DNA of 64,000 nt from Schmidtea polychroa (lineage: Eukaryota): NCBI GenBank assembly GCA_044892525.1, contig CM097885.1, positions 160,270,001 through 160,334,000 of the forward strand. Direction: 5' to 3'. The translations under genes were made by a program, and so were the position numbers. Shown one piece after another: positions 51,905 to 62,500 of this stretch. Position 1 is the stretch's first letter. Each line of letters begins with the position of its first letter. A model generated the notes under the pieces. It ran no database searches. It was not told the origin of the DNA and was given only the letters and a program-made list of their open reading frames with translations.

Positions 51905-53854
51905 GCTTGCTATAAATAATACTAATGAAATGTAGAACATACGATTTTAGAATAAATTAGATACGACCTACGGCCATTCGTGGATGCTTGACCGACGAAA
52001 AGAAGGAAAACTTATTCTACAATCCGGTTTTACCACGGATCTTATTTGTTGAAACAATTTATTTAACCAAAGGCCATCGGTTTGACGCATGCTATTAACT
52101 TTGACTCTCTATTGATCTAACCGTATACATGAGGGGCGTAATAATTAATAGGGGGTAAATATAATATTGGTGAAACACTATAATAATGCTTTAGTAGAGG
52201 GACATTATAGTATGCGACTACACCTTGCTATAAATCATCTATTTAAATTTATTACAAACAAATTACTATCGCTATTCTCAACATATTTTTTGATTCGAAA
52301 TTTGTTATTGGAAGTGCACTTTTAATTCGGTAGTGAATGTGATTATCTATATTGTCTACCATTTGTCTGAGAATATGTGATGAGTTTACATCAGCCATTA
52401 CTTGAACACCCTAATGGGATATCTCATCGGTCATAACACATGTCCAAATTTACGGATACTACTGTCGACTAGTTGATTACATTATCGACCTATTGTGAAT
52501 GTCACGTGTCGCGACTATTATGTATGCTAGTCTGATATTCTGTGCTCTCACCACATGGATTCGTGTATGGCTACTATCTTATCTCACTCACTTGGTGTAT
52601 GCCATTTTCACGGTGATTTTATCGATCCTGTTGTCGTATGATTTTCTCTGCACAGTGATTTAATTGAGTTATGATTTATGCTACCGCCAGTTCTCATCGC
52701 GGAATTTTACCCTTATCAACTTGTGTGAATGATCACCATCGTTTGGAAATTTATTGGATCTTTTCAGTGATCGTCGAGGGAATAATGCTACCAAATACTG
52801 AAGCATATTACTACTCTCGTCATTCTACTCGGATTTTCCTATTCAGATGTAATGCCGTCTCGATGAAACCTGCCCTTAGCCATTCGAAATTTTCTCTCAG
52901 GTTCAATAATTTGGATATATACAGTGATGCCCTGGCTCTTATTGTAGAAATAAATGTTATTAATTGAATTTGATGATATTTTACCTGTTTATAATTTTTG
53001 AAATAACTAAGTCTATAAAAACTTTCTGATTATAATATTAGAGAGGTTTTCGTAGAATCTCGCATTTTTCAGTTTCGAGTTAGTTAAAGTTTTTAGGATA
53101 CTTTCGTAACCCGACATACAATCTGGACAGGCTAGATGACGTTGGGTCTATGATAACGGAATTTCATACGAAATTAGTTCTACTGAGTCCGGCAAATAGA
53201 CGTTGTCGCAATTAACTTGATGAAACCATGTTTCCAGATGAAGCGTACTATGAGATGTCGTTATTTTTGACGAAGTTCACTAAATCGTTGTCTGGATCTC
53301 ATTTTTCAATAGGGGTAAGATTTACGAAAACGACTTGACGAAAGAAAAAGGAATGCGACGCCCTCAGTCACTGTGTAAATCCTTGAAAATCCCTTCATTC
53401 GTACGACTATCTCTGTGAAAATCATTGTCTGCCAGCGATTCTTTTAACCATGACCCCTTGTGATAATTTAGTCGCATCTTCAGCGATAGGACCCGTGAAG
53501 AAGCCTTCACATTTCGGCCCAATCTAGCTGCGTGATTGAAATACTCCATGTCCACCGGCTGAGCTCCCGAAGGCACCTCATACCATGACATGGAGTATCT
53601 CAACTCCACGTTACTCGTTAAATGAAAATTCATAAAATCTTTAATTCAAATAAAATACGGACATCTGGATAAAAATATTTTATTAATTCTGAAATACTTA
53701 AATAATACAAATTACATCAATACGTTAAAGTTATTAAAATGAAGAATCAAATGAAGAGAGTTAACTAAAATATTTAATCGTTAATATTTAACATTACTAT
53801 TAGCTTTGCAAATACTTAAATAAATCTATAAACAAATGAAATACCCCTCACTAT

Positions 53855-54483
53855 TGTTAGGCTGAGTCAAAATTCAATGTTGTTCGTTCCAAATAGTCCT
53901 AATGGTGGTCCGTTGGATGTCGATTGTTGTGATGAATGGTATTTCGGTCTCTGAACTGGTTTTGAATAGATGTGGAGTTTTCTGAATGACGGTTGCTTGG
54001 CTAGTAGTGTCGATCCTATGAAATGCTCGGGGTTAACAGTAAAAACAGTAAACATTTTTCTTACCTATGAAATGCTCGGGGTTAACAGTAAATTTAATGT
54101 TTTTGGTAGTTGTATATATATCAAATTCTTATTTGTGCGGACCAATCAGAGTTGAGTACCGCTTATTTCTATTAATTTAATATAATTTTCTTGTTTTTAG
54201 GTTGTTTTTTCCTTATTTTCTTTATTTTTAATATGTTTTTCTATTTATTTCCTTAATTTCCTTATTATTTCTTGAATTCCTCTTTATTTATTTGTCAACT
54301 TGTTCTATTTTAATCTTTTCTTAATTTTATTTTTTGTTTTAATTCTTATGTCTTAATTATTATTTTCCTTATATCTTATTCTATTTTATTTCTGATTTTA
54401 TTTATTTTATTTTTATTTTTCTTAATGTTCTACTTCCCTACTTTCTTATTTTTCAACGATTAAATTTTCGACTCAGCCCAACA
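53855..54483 (-). mobile_element. LTR (629 bp), probable 3' LTR of the large cargo-bearing element
   Basis: About 20-bp terminal inverted repeat TGTTAGGCTGAGTCAAAATT / AATTTTCGACTCAGCCCAACA. Minus-strand A-rich U3, ATTGG (CCAAT) box and TATATATA. Flanks are not a TSD, consistent with one LTR of a larger element. Confidence 0.6.
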
Positions 54484-54717
54484 AATCACTCGGGGACCCA
54501 TCAAAATTGCGTCCCGCAATTGCATAATTAACTTAATTCATTCATTCAAAAAAAAAAAAAAAAATATAACACGAACACTGAAAATTATACAACAATGATA
54601 AAAATTTTATTGTAAGATCAAGGTCAAAGCAAGACCAAGCAAGTATCACTTAAGGTGATAGTTGGTACATACAATAAAAGTTTCCACATATAATAACACA
54701 AATGTTTGAATTAGAGT

Positions 54718-55386
54718 TTATGAATTGTTAACCATTGATGCTTCTGCTGGCGGCTGTTGGTTGGTTTGGGTATTGATGTTGAGATAGGTCTGACTATTAG
54801 ATTTCGGCTGGATTGGTTGATTACTCGGGGTTCGAGGTCGGAATGGGGTTGGGTTAAGATTTGTCAGGGGCACTTCTTGAGGATTTTGGTTCGAGGTTAC
54901 TCTTATTGATGTCGAGATTCTACATCTATTTCGAACTTCGTAAATTTTCATGAATATTGGTAGACATAGGAGGAGGGTCTCTGCGATCACCACATATATG
55001 AGATAATGGGTGTCATTGATCTCGGGAGGTGTTTTTGGCTTTTCTACAAGATTTTCAAAATCCTCTTGTTGCATTTGTTGTTCCAACTGGTCGATCTGTT
55101 GGCTTTGTTCGAAGATTTGTTTGTTTATCATTTTACAAATGGGATTCTTTTTACACATTGTTTGGATGTTGTTGATGTGTGATCGGGTTGATTGAATGGT
55201 TTGGATGATATGGGTTTTTACGGTCATCGGGTATGTGCATTGACTGGATTCTTGTTTAGGTTCTTGATTTTGATTTCGGTAATCTCGTACGATTTTCGGT
55301 TGGGCGTTTAATTGTTTGTTCTCCATCAGAATCATCAATACCATCATTGTTATCATCATCTCGCCTCGCATGATACTATTATACAT
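54718..55386 (-). CDS. Element cargo: type-I membrane protein (signal peptide, helical Cys-containing ectodomain, TM, Pro/Asn-rich tail)
   Basis: MMITMMVLMILM..LNAQ leader; TM YLIYVVIAETLLLCLPIFM; intact 222-aa ORF. Confidence 0.75.
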   Translation of the reverse strand: MYNSIMRGEMMITMMVLMILMENKQLNAQPKIVRDYRNQNQEPKQESSQCTYPMTVKTHIIQTIQSTRSHINNIQTMCKKNPICKMINKQIFEQSQQIDQLEQQMQQEDFENLVEKPKTPPEINDTHYLIYVVIAETLLLCLPIFMKIYEVRNRCRISTSIRVTSNQNPQEVPLTNLNPTPFRPRTPSNQPIQPKSNSQTYLNINTQTNQQPPAEASMVNNS

Positions 55387-55426
55387 TCATTATGTTTATT
55401 TACAATTGGTTTTAATGACCCTTAAT

Positions 55427-56179
55427 TTAATGGTTCTGATTTGGATTATTTTCACCGATTCTCATCAAGGTGGACTCTGCTTTAATTACCCTGTGTCTTA
55501 ACTCGGGCAGCATTTCCAATTGTCGGTCTTTTTCACGGGCTTCTCTCTTTAGATGTCTAATTTCTTTTTCCAAGCGTCTAATTTCTTCCCTTTTCTTTTC
55601 AAGGTTTCTTTTTAGCTCGATTTGTAGGAGATCTTGTTCGTTTTCTTGCAGGTAATTTTGTTGTTGATGTTTTCTTTCTATTTCTCTATATTTGCGGACC
55701 CACTTCCTCATTTCTTTACTTTCCCGTTGGTTTTCTTCTAGTTGTCGTTTTAATTTATTTATAGCTGTTTGGCGCTCCTTCGCCTCAGTTTTCCAGTAGT
55801 CTTGGATTACCTCCTTTGCTTTGAAGCTTGCCCTCTCTTTCCATAGCTCTTCCGCTATCTTTTCCCAGTTTTTCCCTCGCTTCCTTTGTTCGTGTAGCCA
55901 TTCATTTTCCTCTTCCGTTTCTCTTTTTATTTCCCCCAACGCTTCGCACTCTTTCTTTAACACCTTTATCATTTTCCGGTCCTCTAGGTATTTGTTTATT
56001 AATCTCCCGTTTTCGTATTTCTCTTCCCGTAACTCGGCCTTTAGCGTTTGTGTTTCTGTTGTTTCTGCCTCAATCTCTCCCTCTTCTACGTCGCTCATAA
56101 TTTCTATCATTTCCTCGATTTTCATATCTATAATATGTACAGTTAATGGTGCGCTATAGTGCGACTTATACGTATACAT
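55427..56179 (-). CDS. Element cargo: coiled-coil protein (likely start 56125)
   Basis: E/K/R-rich heptads over about 220 aa; intact ORF. Confidence 0.75.
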   Translation of the reverse strand: MYTYKSHYSAPLTVHIIDMKIEEMIEIMSDVEEGEIEAETTETQTLKAELREEKYENGRLINKYLEDRKMIKVLKKECEALGEIKRETEEENEWLHEQRKRGKNWEKIAEELWKERASFKAKEVIQDYWKTEAKERQTAINKLKRQLEENQRESKEMRKWVRKYREIERKHQQQNYLQENEQDLLQIELKRNLEKKREEIRRLEKEIRHLKREAREKDRQLEMLPELRHRVIKAESTLMRIGENNPNQNH

Positions 56180-56293
56180 TGATATAAAATTTAATAGTTT
56201 GGGTTACAGTCCCTTGAATACTTTTACAATACTTTAATTTTTTTGTTTGGGATATACGTCCCGGTTTTTAGTTTTTCATCTTTTCATCCACCC

Positions 56294-57403
56294 TTATACG
56301 AAGGTTTCCTCCTGGCCTACATAACCTTCATCACTATCGACCGCGGAATGTAACTGTATCGCAATAGGGTCGTATGGTAGGTAATATTGGGGAATTTGAG
56401 CTCTCAATTCATTAATTTCGTCTCTTAGAGCTCGAGTGATGTTCAATTCCTCGTCGAGCAGATAGGTGAGATACCTTGTCTCTTCGTCTTTCGCCTCTAT
56501 CTGTTTGTCTAGGGCCTTGATTTTCTCGTCGCCCTTCCATTTTTCAATTTCTATTTCTAAGTTTTTAATATTTTCGGTGTACATTTTCCTTTCGTTTTCT
56601 AATTTTCTGTTTTTTCCCGCTAGGACCATGTTTCTTTGTTCCAGCGATCCTTGTAATCCATTAAGGTCTCTTTTCATTTCTTCTACCTGATTTACTAATT
56701 CCACAACCCGTCCCGCTTGTTGGGTTATCATCTCTTCCATTGCGGCATTCTCGTGCTCTCTTATGTCGCACTTCATTGCCAAATGTCGCTCAAACTCCAT
56801 AGCCTTTGTTTGCCAGGTTTGGCTTCGGGCGGCGACCTTTCTCAACCTTTTCAATTCTTCCTTTATTATTAAATTCTCCTCCCATTTACCTTGTTCGCTT
56901 TCATATCCGAGTCTCATGGGCAATTCTTTCATCTCTTTTTTCATTTCTCTGTTTTGTCTTTTCCATTTTCTCGCTTCTGCCACTAAGTGCATCATTTTCC
57001 TGTCTTCTATTTGTTTTTCCGCTTCGCGCTTGGTGTTCTCATCGGTAAGTCTCTTTCTCGCTTCCTGCACTAGCTGCTTTAAGTAGTGGCTGTGTGCTTC
57101 TTGGCGGGTATTTTCTAGTGACGCCCATTTTGATGCTCTTTTGCATGCTTCTGCTTCCGCTCTTAAGTTGTGTATTAACCATTGGTATTGACTATTCTCA
57201 TCTTCTCTAGTTTCTTCGATGTGATTTCGGGTGAGATTAGTTAGTTGGAACATTACTTTGTTCCATTTTTTGTTATGTTCTCGGAGAATTTGTGTCTTGT
57301 TGACATTGGTTGGGTCTATCACAGTTTCGGTTATTTTCTCTTTTGTCATCTCTAAATCATAGACATCGATTAATCTTTTATTATGAAAAAGGAATTTATT
57401 CAT
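56294..57403 (-). CDS. Element cargo: long coiled-coil (SMC/myosin-tail-like) protein (likely start 57349)
   Basis: 369-aa intact ORF with continuous heptads and an acidic C-terminus. Confidence 0.8.
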   Translation of the reverse strand: MNKFLFHNKRLIDVYDLEMTKEKITETVIDPTNVNKTQILREHNKKWNKVMFQLTNLTRNHIEETREDENSQYQWLIHNLRAEAEACKRASKWASLENTRQEAHSHYLKQLVQEARKRLTDENTKREAEKQIEDRKMMHLVAEARKWKRQNREMKKEMKELPMRLGYESEQGKWEENLIIKEELKRLRKVAARSQTWQTKAMEFERHLAMKCDIREHENAAMEEMITQQAGRVVELVNQVEEMKRDLNGLQGSLEQRNMVLAGKNRKLENERKMYTENIKNLEIEIEKWKGDEKIKALDKQIEAKDEETRYLTYLLDEELNITRALRDEINELRAQIPQYYLPYDPIAIQLHSAVDSDEGYVGQEETFV

Positions 57404-57541
57404 TATTTACTGTTTCTTGGGGAATTTTCGCATCATTTTTGGGTTTTCATATTTAGGGTTTTCATACTATTATTATATAATATTTTATTGGTTATATACA
57501 CCGATATATACAGATTATTATATACAACATTATTCGATTGG

Positions 57542-58930
57542 TTACTCCGTTCTACCCTTCTCCTCTTTCCTCACGGTCATCTTGATATATATGGTATCAT
57601 TTCTCGCCATATCTTCTACTCTTTGTTGTGAGATGAACGTAGGTGCTCCTGTTGCTGATCCTTCTTCGTTGAGGGGCCTCTGGTAAGCTATTTGATTCCC
57701 CGTTGTTTTGAAGCTTTGCTCATGTATACTTTGGTTGTTCATCAGAGTAATATCGATTTTTGCCTGGAACGGCCATTCTAATATTTCGTCGTATTCTCCT
57801 TTACATAACAGAAAGAAAATCGAAAAGTGCGTATCCAATCCGGTTCCGTCCCCGTTGGGATATACCTTCATTTTCATTTTGTACCCATTTTTCCAAGAAT
57901 GGAATGTAGGACTTGTTATTCTTGTCTCTTCTCCGGTTTTTGCTTTTCGTATTCTTTCTTTTACTCCCGTTATTTTCCATATGTAGGGTGCTGTTGGGGT
58001 TATCTCATTTAGATTTATTTCCCGTATTTTCTGATGTAGCTCCTTGGCCTGATTATTACTGATTTCTGTTCGGTTTATTTGCATCTTTATGTTTGCTCGG
58101 GCTTCTTCGAACGCTTCCCTTTCTTCTAGTAGTTCTTTGACTAACACTTTCAACGATGTTATCTCTATCTCCATTTGTTTTACTTTCTCTTCGCTTTCTT
58201 GTAGCGCAGTCGACCACATTTCTGCGTGAGTTGAAGCATTTTCTACTAAATGATGTGGTAACTCACCTCGGTGTAGTAGTTTCTGACAACCCCATCTACC
58301 TAGTACACATGTCATTCTTTTCTTTGCGCATTCCCTTAGATGCTGTGCCACCTTCATTATTTCCCCTTGGTTACATCCGTTTGGGCATTCCCCACTGAAC
58401 TCTGCACATACTCTCTCCTCTTGGACATTGTGATGTTTGAGGGTGAGATTTATCCACGTATCTATTTCTCCACAGTGTTCACATCTTTCCAATCTCTCTT
58501 CACACTGCCTTTGATGCTCTTTTTCTTCGCTTGCTCGAATGGTTTTATGGCACCTTTCACACTGGCCAATTCTGTACATACATTCTCCCATATGTTGTAC
58601 TACCTTCCATATTACTCCTTTCCATTCGCATGGGGCATTTTTGCATCCCAGGTTGGTGTTTAACATGTCTTTCACTGCGGCTTTATCCTCGTTAGTGTCT
58701 TCTAAACTCGATATTAGTGTCTCTTTACACACCGGGCACCTCTGTGGTCTATTCTTTATTGCTTCACTGATACATTCTTTACATACTCTGCATCCACATT
58801 GCGTTTGGTGAGGTTCCTTTAACAACTTTTCACATATTCCGCACATAACATGTTTGTGTATTCTGATCGTTGTAGATTTTCGGACTTGCTCGACAATCTC
58901 TCTGAACTCTTCTCTTTGTCGTTTATCCAT
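57542..58930 (-). CDS. TRAF: Element cargo: full-length TNF receptor-associated factor (RING, about 5 TRAF zinc fingers, coiled coil, MATH/TRAF-C)
   Basis: CGICEKLLKEPHQTQCGCRVCKEC...CPVC; C..C...HxxxC fingers; MATH YIWKI...SPTF...GYKM...YPNGDGTG..THFSIFF.L.KGEYD..L.WPF...G.P.F. Intronless. Confidence 0.95.
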   Translation of the reverse strand: MDKRQREEFREIVEQVRKSTTIRIHKHVMCGICEKLLKEPHQTQCGCRVCKECISEAIKNRPQRCPVCKETLISSLEDTNEDKAAVKDMLNTNLGCKNAPCEWKGVIWKVVQHMGECMYRIGQCERCHKTIRASEEKEHQRQCEERLERCEHCGEIDTWINLTLKHHNVQEERVCAEFSGECPNGCNQGEIMKVAQHLRECAKKRMTCVLGRWGCQKLLHRGELPHHLVENASTHAEMWSTALQESEEKVKQMEIEITSLKVLVKELLEEREAFEEARANIKMQINRTEISNNQAKELHQKIREINLNEITPTAPYIWKITGVKERIRKAKTGEETRITSPTFHSWKNGYKMKMKVYPNGDGTGLDTHFSIFFLLCKGEYDEILEWPFQAKIDITLMNNQSIHEQSFKTTGNQIAYQRPLNEEGSATGAPTFISQQRVEDMARNDTIYIKMTVRKEEKGRTE

Positions 58931-59015
58931 TCTATAATTATATGTACAAATAGTTCTTATCGATACAGATTCGATATTTTATTTACAATTATTTACATTT
59001 TAAGCTAGGTTTGGT

Positions 59016-59399
59016 TTAGGGTTCGGAAGAGTCGGCTTCGTGCCCGCTCTCCTCTCTATTCATTAGCCATTCCGACCAGTCTTCTATTTCTGTCTGTTCT
59101 GCTTCCTCCATCATTCTGTCTATTTCAATTTCCCGTCGACGGCTATATTGGGTTATCCTCTCTATCTCTCTTTGCATTTGTTCGATTTTTACCCTCTGGT
59201 CTTCAATTATCTTCAAATAACTAAATCCTCTGTTCATACTCTCGATCAGGTTTCTGTGCATCGTCAGTCCTTGTTCTTGCAAATTGGACACTAATTGTGC
59301 TAATACGGCACATTGTTGCTTCCATAATTCTTCAGTTACTGTATTGTGGTTCATTTCGTTATTTCCTTGATCCATTCCTAATTTATATACACTTTTCAA
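59016..59399 (-). CDS. Element cargo: small coiled-coil protein (likely start 59375)
   Basis: Intact 127-aa ORF, heptad-rich, acidic W-containing tail. Confidence 0.65.
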   Translation of the reverse strand: MKSVYKLGMDQGNNEMNHNTVTEELWKQQCAVLAQLVSNLQEQGLTMHRNLIESMNRGFSYLKIIEDQRVKIEQMQREIERITQYSRRREIEIDRMMEEAEQTEIEDWSEWLMNREESGHEADSSEP

Positions 59400-59535
59400 C
59401 TCTTATGTAAATTTAATTTTATTTTATGATTCCCGTTATTGTATAATATTGATACCGCGCTTATATAGAGATATAGTACTGTTATATACATAAGATATAC
59501 TTACTTTTTACAATTATATACAGTCATATTCCTTT

Positions 59536-62500
59536 CTATATACGTGAGTTTGGAGGGCGCTGAACGTTCCAGGCCTCCACCCACTGTTCTTGTTTGATAT
59601 CACTTGGTCGTTTCACTCGATGTTGGAAGTTTCTGATTCGGGTCATTTCTAGTTCTCCGCGATGTCGTTTATCTTTAATTATTTTTATTGTTCCCCCCGT
59701 TATGATTAGGAATGCCCCTGTTATTATTATCCCACTGATCCACATCATCTGCTTCACGCTTATACTCTCTGGTTTTTCCTTGTTTGTTAATGTTGATATC
59801 GCTTCTGTACTTTTCTCGTTTCCTCTTTTGCCATTTCCTTTCATCATTTCCCGTATTCTTGCTATTTCCTCGTTCATACCCTCCTTTGCCATCTTTTGTA
59901 TTTTTTCCATCTCTTCCTCCGAAACATAGTTGTCCTGAGCTTCCTCACCAGTTTTCTTGTGCTTTCCTCCTTCGTTCTTTTCGTCGTGGTTTTTTCTTTT
60001 CTTTCCTCTTTTCCCCGGGTATCGTCGGCATTCTCTTTTTGATTCATTCCTCCAGATACAAACCGTGTATTCTTTCGGCGGCTGCTGCTGCGTCACATAT
60101 TGATGGCATCTCTCGCCTGGTCCTAATCTTGAAATACAGACTTTGTGCTCTTTTCTAGGTTGGATCTGCGTTATTACTACTTCACCACCTTTTCCTAGGT
60201 GTACCTCTTTTCCTTTGACGTTCGTTATTCTCTTCCCGTCTCGATTTCGGTATGCTTCTTGTATTCTTACTTCTGTTATTGGTTCTGTGGCCTCATTTAT
60301 CAGTACTAGTTTCTGATACGCTCTAGACATGCATCTTCCTAGTATGCACCTTTCCTTTAAGTCCCATTCTTCCTTTAAATCCCACTGCTGCTCTTGTGCT
60401 TGCTTTTTCTTTTCTTGCTTTAGTTCATCCTCTTTGCTATCTTGATTCTCCGCTTCTTTGGTTTCTTTTATCGTTCTCGTCCCTCCCTGAGCTGTTACTA
60501 ACTCTATCATGGTAAGCATAATTATCATTAATATCATATTTGTCTCTATTTCTTTGTTAGTGAAAGGTAGGCATACCCTCTGTTTTCCATTATTCGATTT
60601 TTCCTCCTCTTTGGTCTTAGTTCCCGGGCTGTTTCCCTCTCTTTTCGTATCCGAATCCTTGTTTTCCGGTTTACCCTCCTCCTGTTCTCTTTTCTCTTTA
60701 TCCTCCTTTCGGCCTTTTCCGTTATTGTCATCGTGTTTATCTCCCCCGCTGTCGTTTAAAATGTCGTCCTCGACATTTATATCGTTCAATAATCTGCGAT
60801 ATGCTGTTAGCACTCTGTTTCTTGCTAATTTTGCTTCGAATTCAAACTCTTTTCTACCCGTTGCAGCATGTCTCTTTCTATTCCATTCTTTAACTAACTC
60901 TCTCAATTGCATACGACGATGTTTCCCAATTCGTTGTTGCTCGTTCTGATTTTGCGTGAATTTTAGGTCTTCTCTATTTAATACTATTAAAATTATTTTA
61001 GGTGTCCCCCCCTTAGTTAGGGTATTCTTTACCATCGCATTTTCTCCGTTTTCGTAGAATTCGTTTACATTTATCGCATATTTATTATTTTGTGGTACTC
61101 TCCAGGTTAATAATAATTTCATTGCTTCTAGATTTTTCCGTACCGCATTCCATTGAAACTGAGATGTGTTTTTGCACATATTTTCGACTTCTTCTTTTGT
61201 CGCATTTTTGCAAATAAATCTGATCATTTCTAAGTTTGGCTGTATGGTTGCCCAGTCCAAGGTGGAATTTCCTTCATTGGACTTTTCGTCTAGTTTCGAT
61301 CCTGATTGATGTAGGATGTGGAGTGTTTTTGGGTGTATTTTCGTTATAGCTGCATACATCATGGCGGTTTCACCTTGTTCATTTTTCGTGTTGGTTTCCT
61401 CGCCCATCTCTCCAAGGATTCTCACGATCGTTATTGCTCTATTTTCTTTCGCCGCTAGTATTGCTTGTTGTAGGGGTGTTCTGGAATCCTTCGTTACCAT
61501 CGTAAATGCTCGAGGCAAGAAGGTTTTGATTTTCCCGATATCTAAATCCGTGGTTTGATCTCTTGCGTATGTGTGTACGGCTTTTATTATTTTGGACAAT
61601 ATTATTTCGTCTGGCAGCTCTAGCATTTCCTCAAAGAACACTTCTTTTGCTTTGCGTATTATTGCCTCTTGATCTATACTCATTGATTTGGTTTCGATGA
61701 CGTTGTTTGTGACCGTTTGGTTCGTTGTTGACTTTGATTCCCTGGATTTCTCATACCTTATTTTCGTTTTCTTTCCGTTTGGATTATTGATTCGTTCCTC
61801 TGCTGTAAGTATTTGGATAATATCCAGGTAATTCTCGCGGATGTTATTCATTGTGTCCATCATATATAACACACTTACCGTTTCCCAATATTTATTTCGT
61901 ACTTGGTTAGTAAATTGGAATAGGGATTTTTCGAATGTGTCGATTCGCTTTTTTGCTAACTGTTCGTCTTTATGATTTGTGAATTTTATCCCTCGTTCTA
62001 GTAATTGATTCGGGATTTCGAATAACTGATGTCCTTTCATAGCTTCTCTCATCAGCGTGTTCTCTCCTCTCGTGAACGCTTCGTTTACGTTGATCCTATA
62101 ATCGTTTCGAATTGGATTTCTCCATGTGATTAATATTCCGGTAATTGTCGTCAGTTTTTCTTTGATCGCTGTTAACAATCCATCATACATGTTTCCGACT
62201 TCCCGATTGTCCTCATATGATAGTAGTTCCATCAATGACGTGAACGCCTCGGTACTTCTCCCTTCGATAGCATGGTGTAGAGCGTTTTTCCGCTCGTGGT
62301 CTTGTGTAGTTATTTTCGATCCGGTATCGAGTAATGCGGTTATAATGTCTTTTGTTTTGCCTCTGTTTGCGGCTATCATTAATGGTGTGTAACCTTGGTT
62401 GTTTGTTTGTTCTGTTGATCGCTTGCAGTCGTGAAATGCTTCTATTGTTTCTAGTATTTGCTCGTTGTTACCTACTTTCATGAGTTTGTGTAATGGTGTG

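Noticed and set aside
52925-52950. Minus-strand YNKSQGIT resembling the PIF1/Helitron helicase motif
   Set aside because: Single short motif with no other helicase motifs in any frame.
4412-58930. Functional clustering of MKK7 and TRAF (JNK pathway)
   Set aside because: They are about 53 kb apart and the TRAF is TE cargo; co-location is most likely chance.
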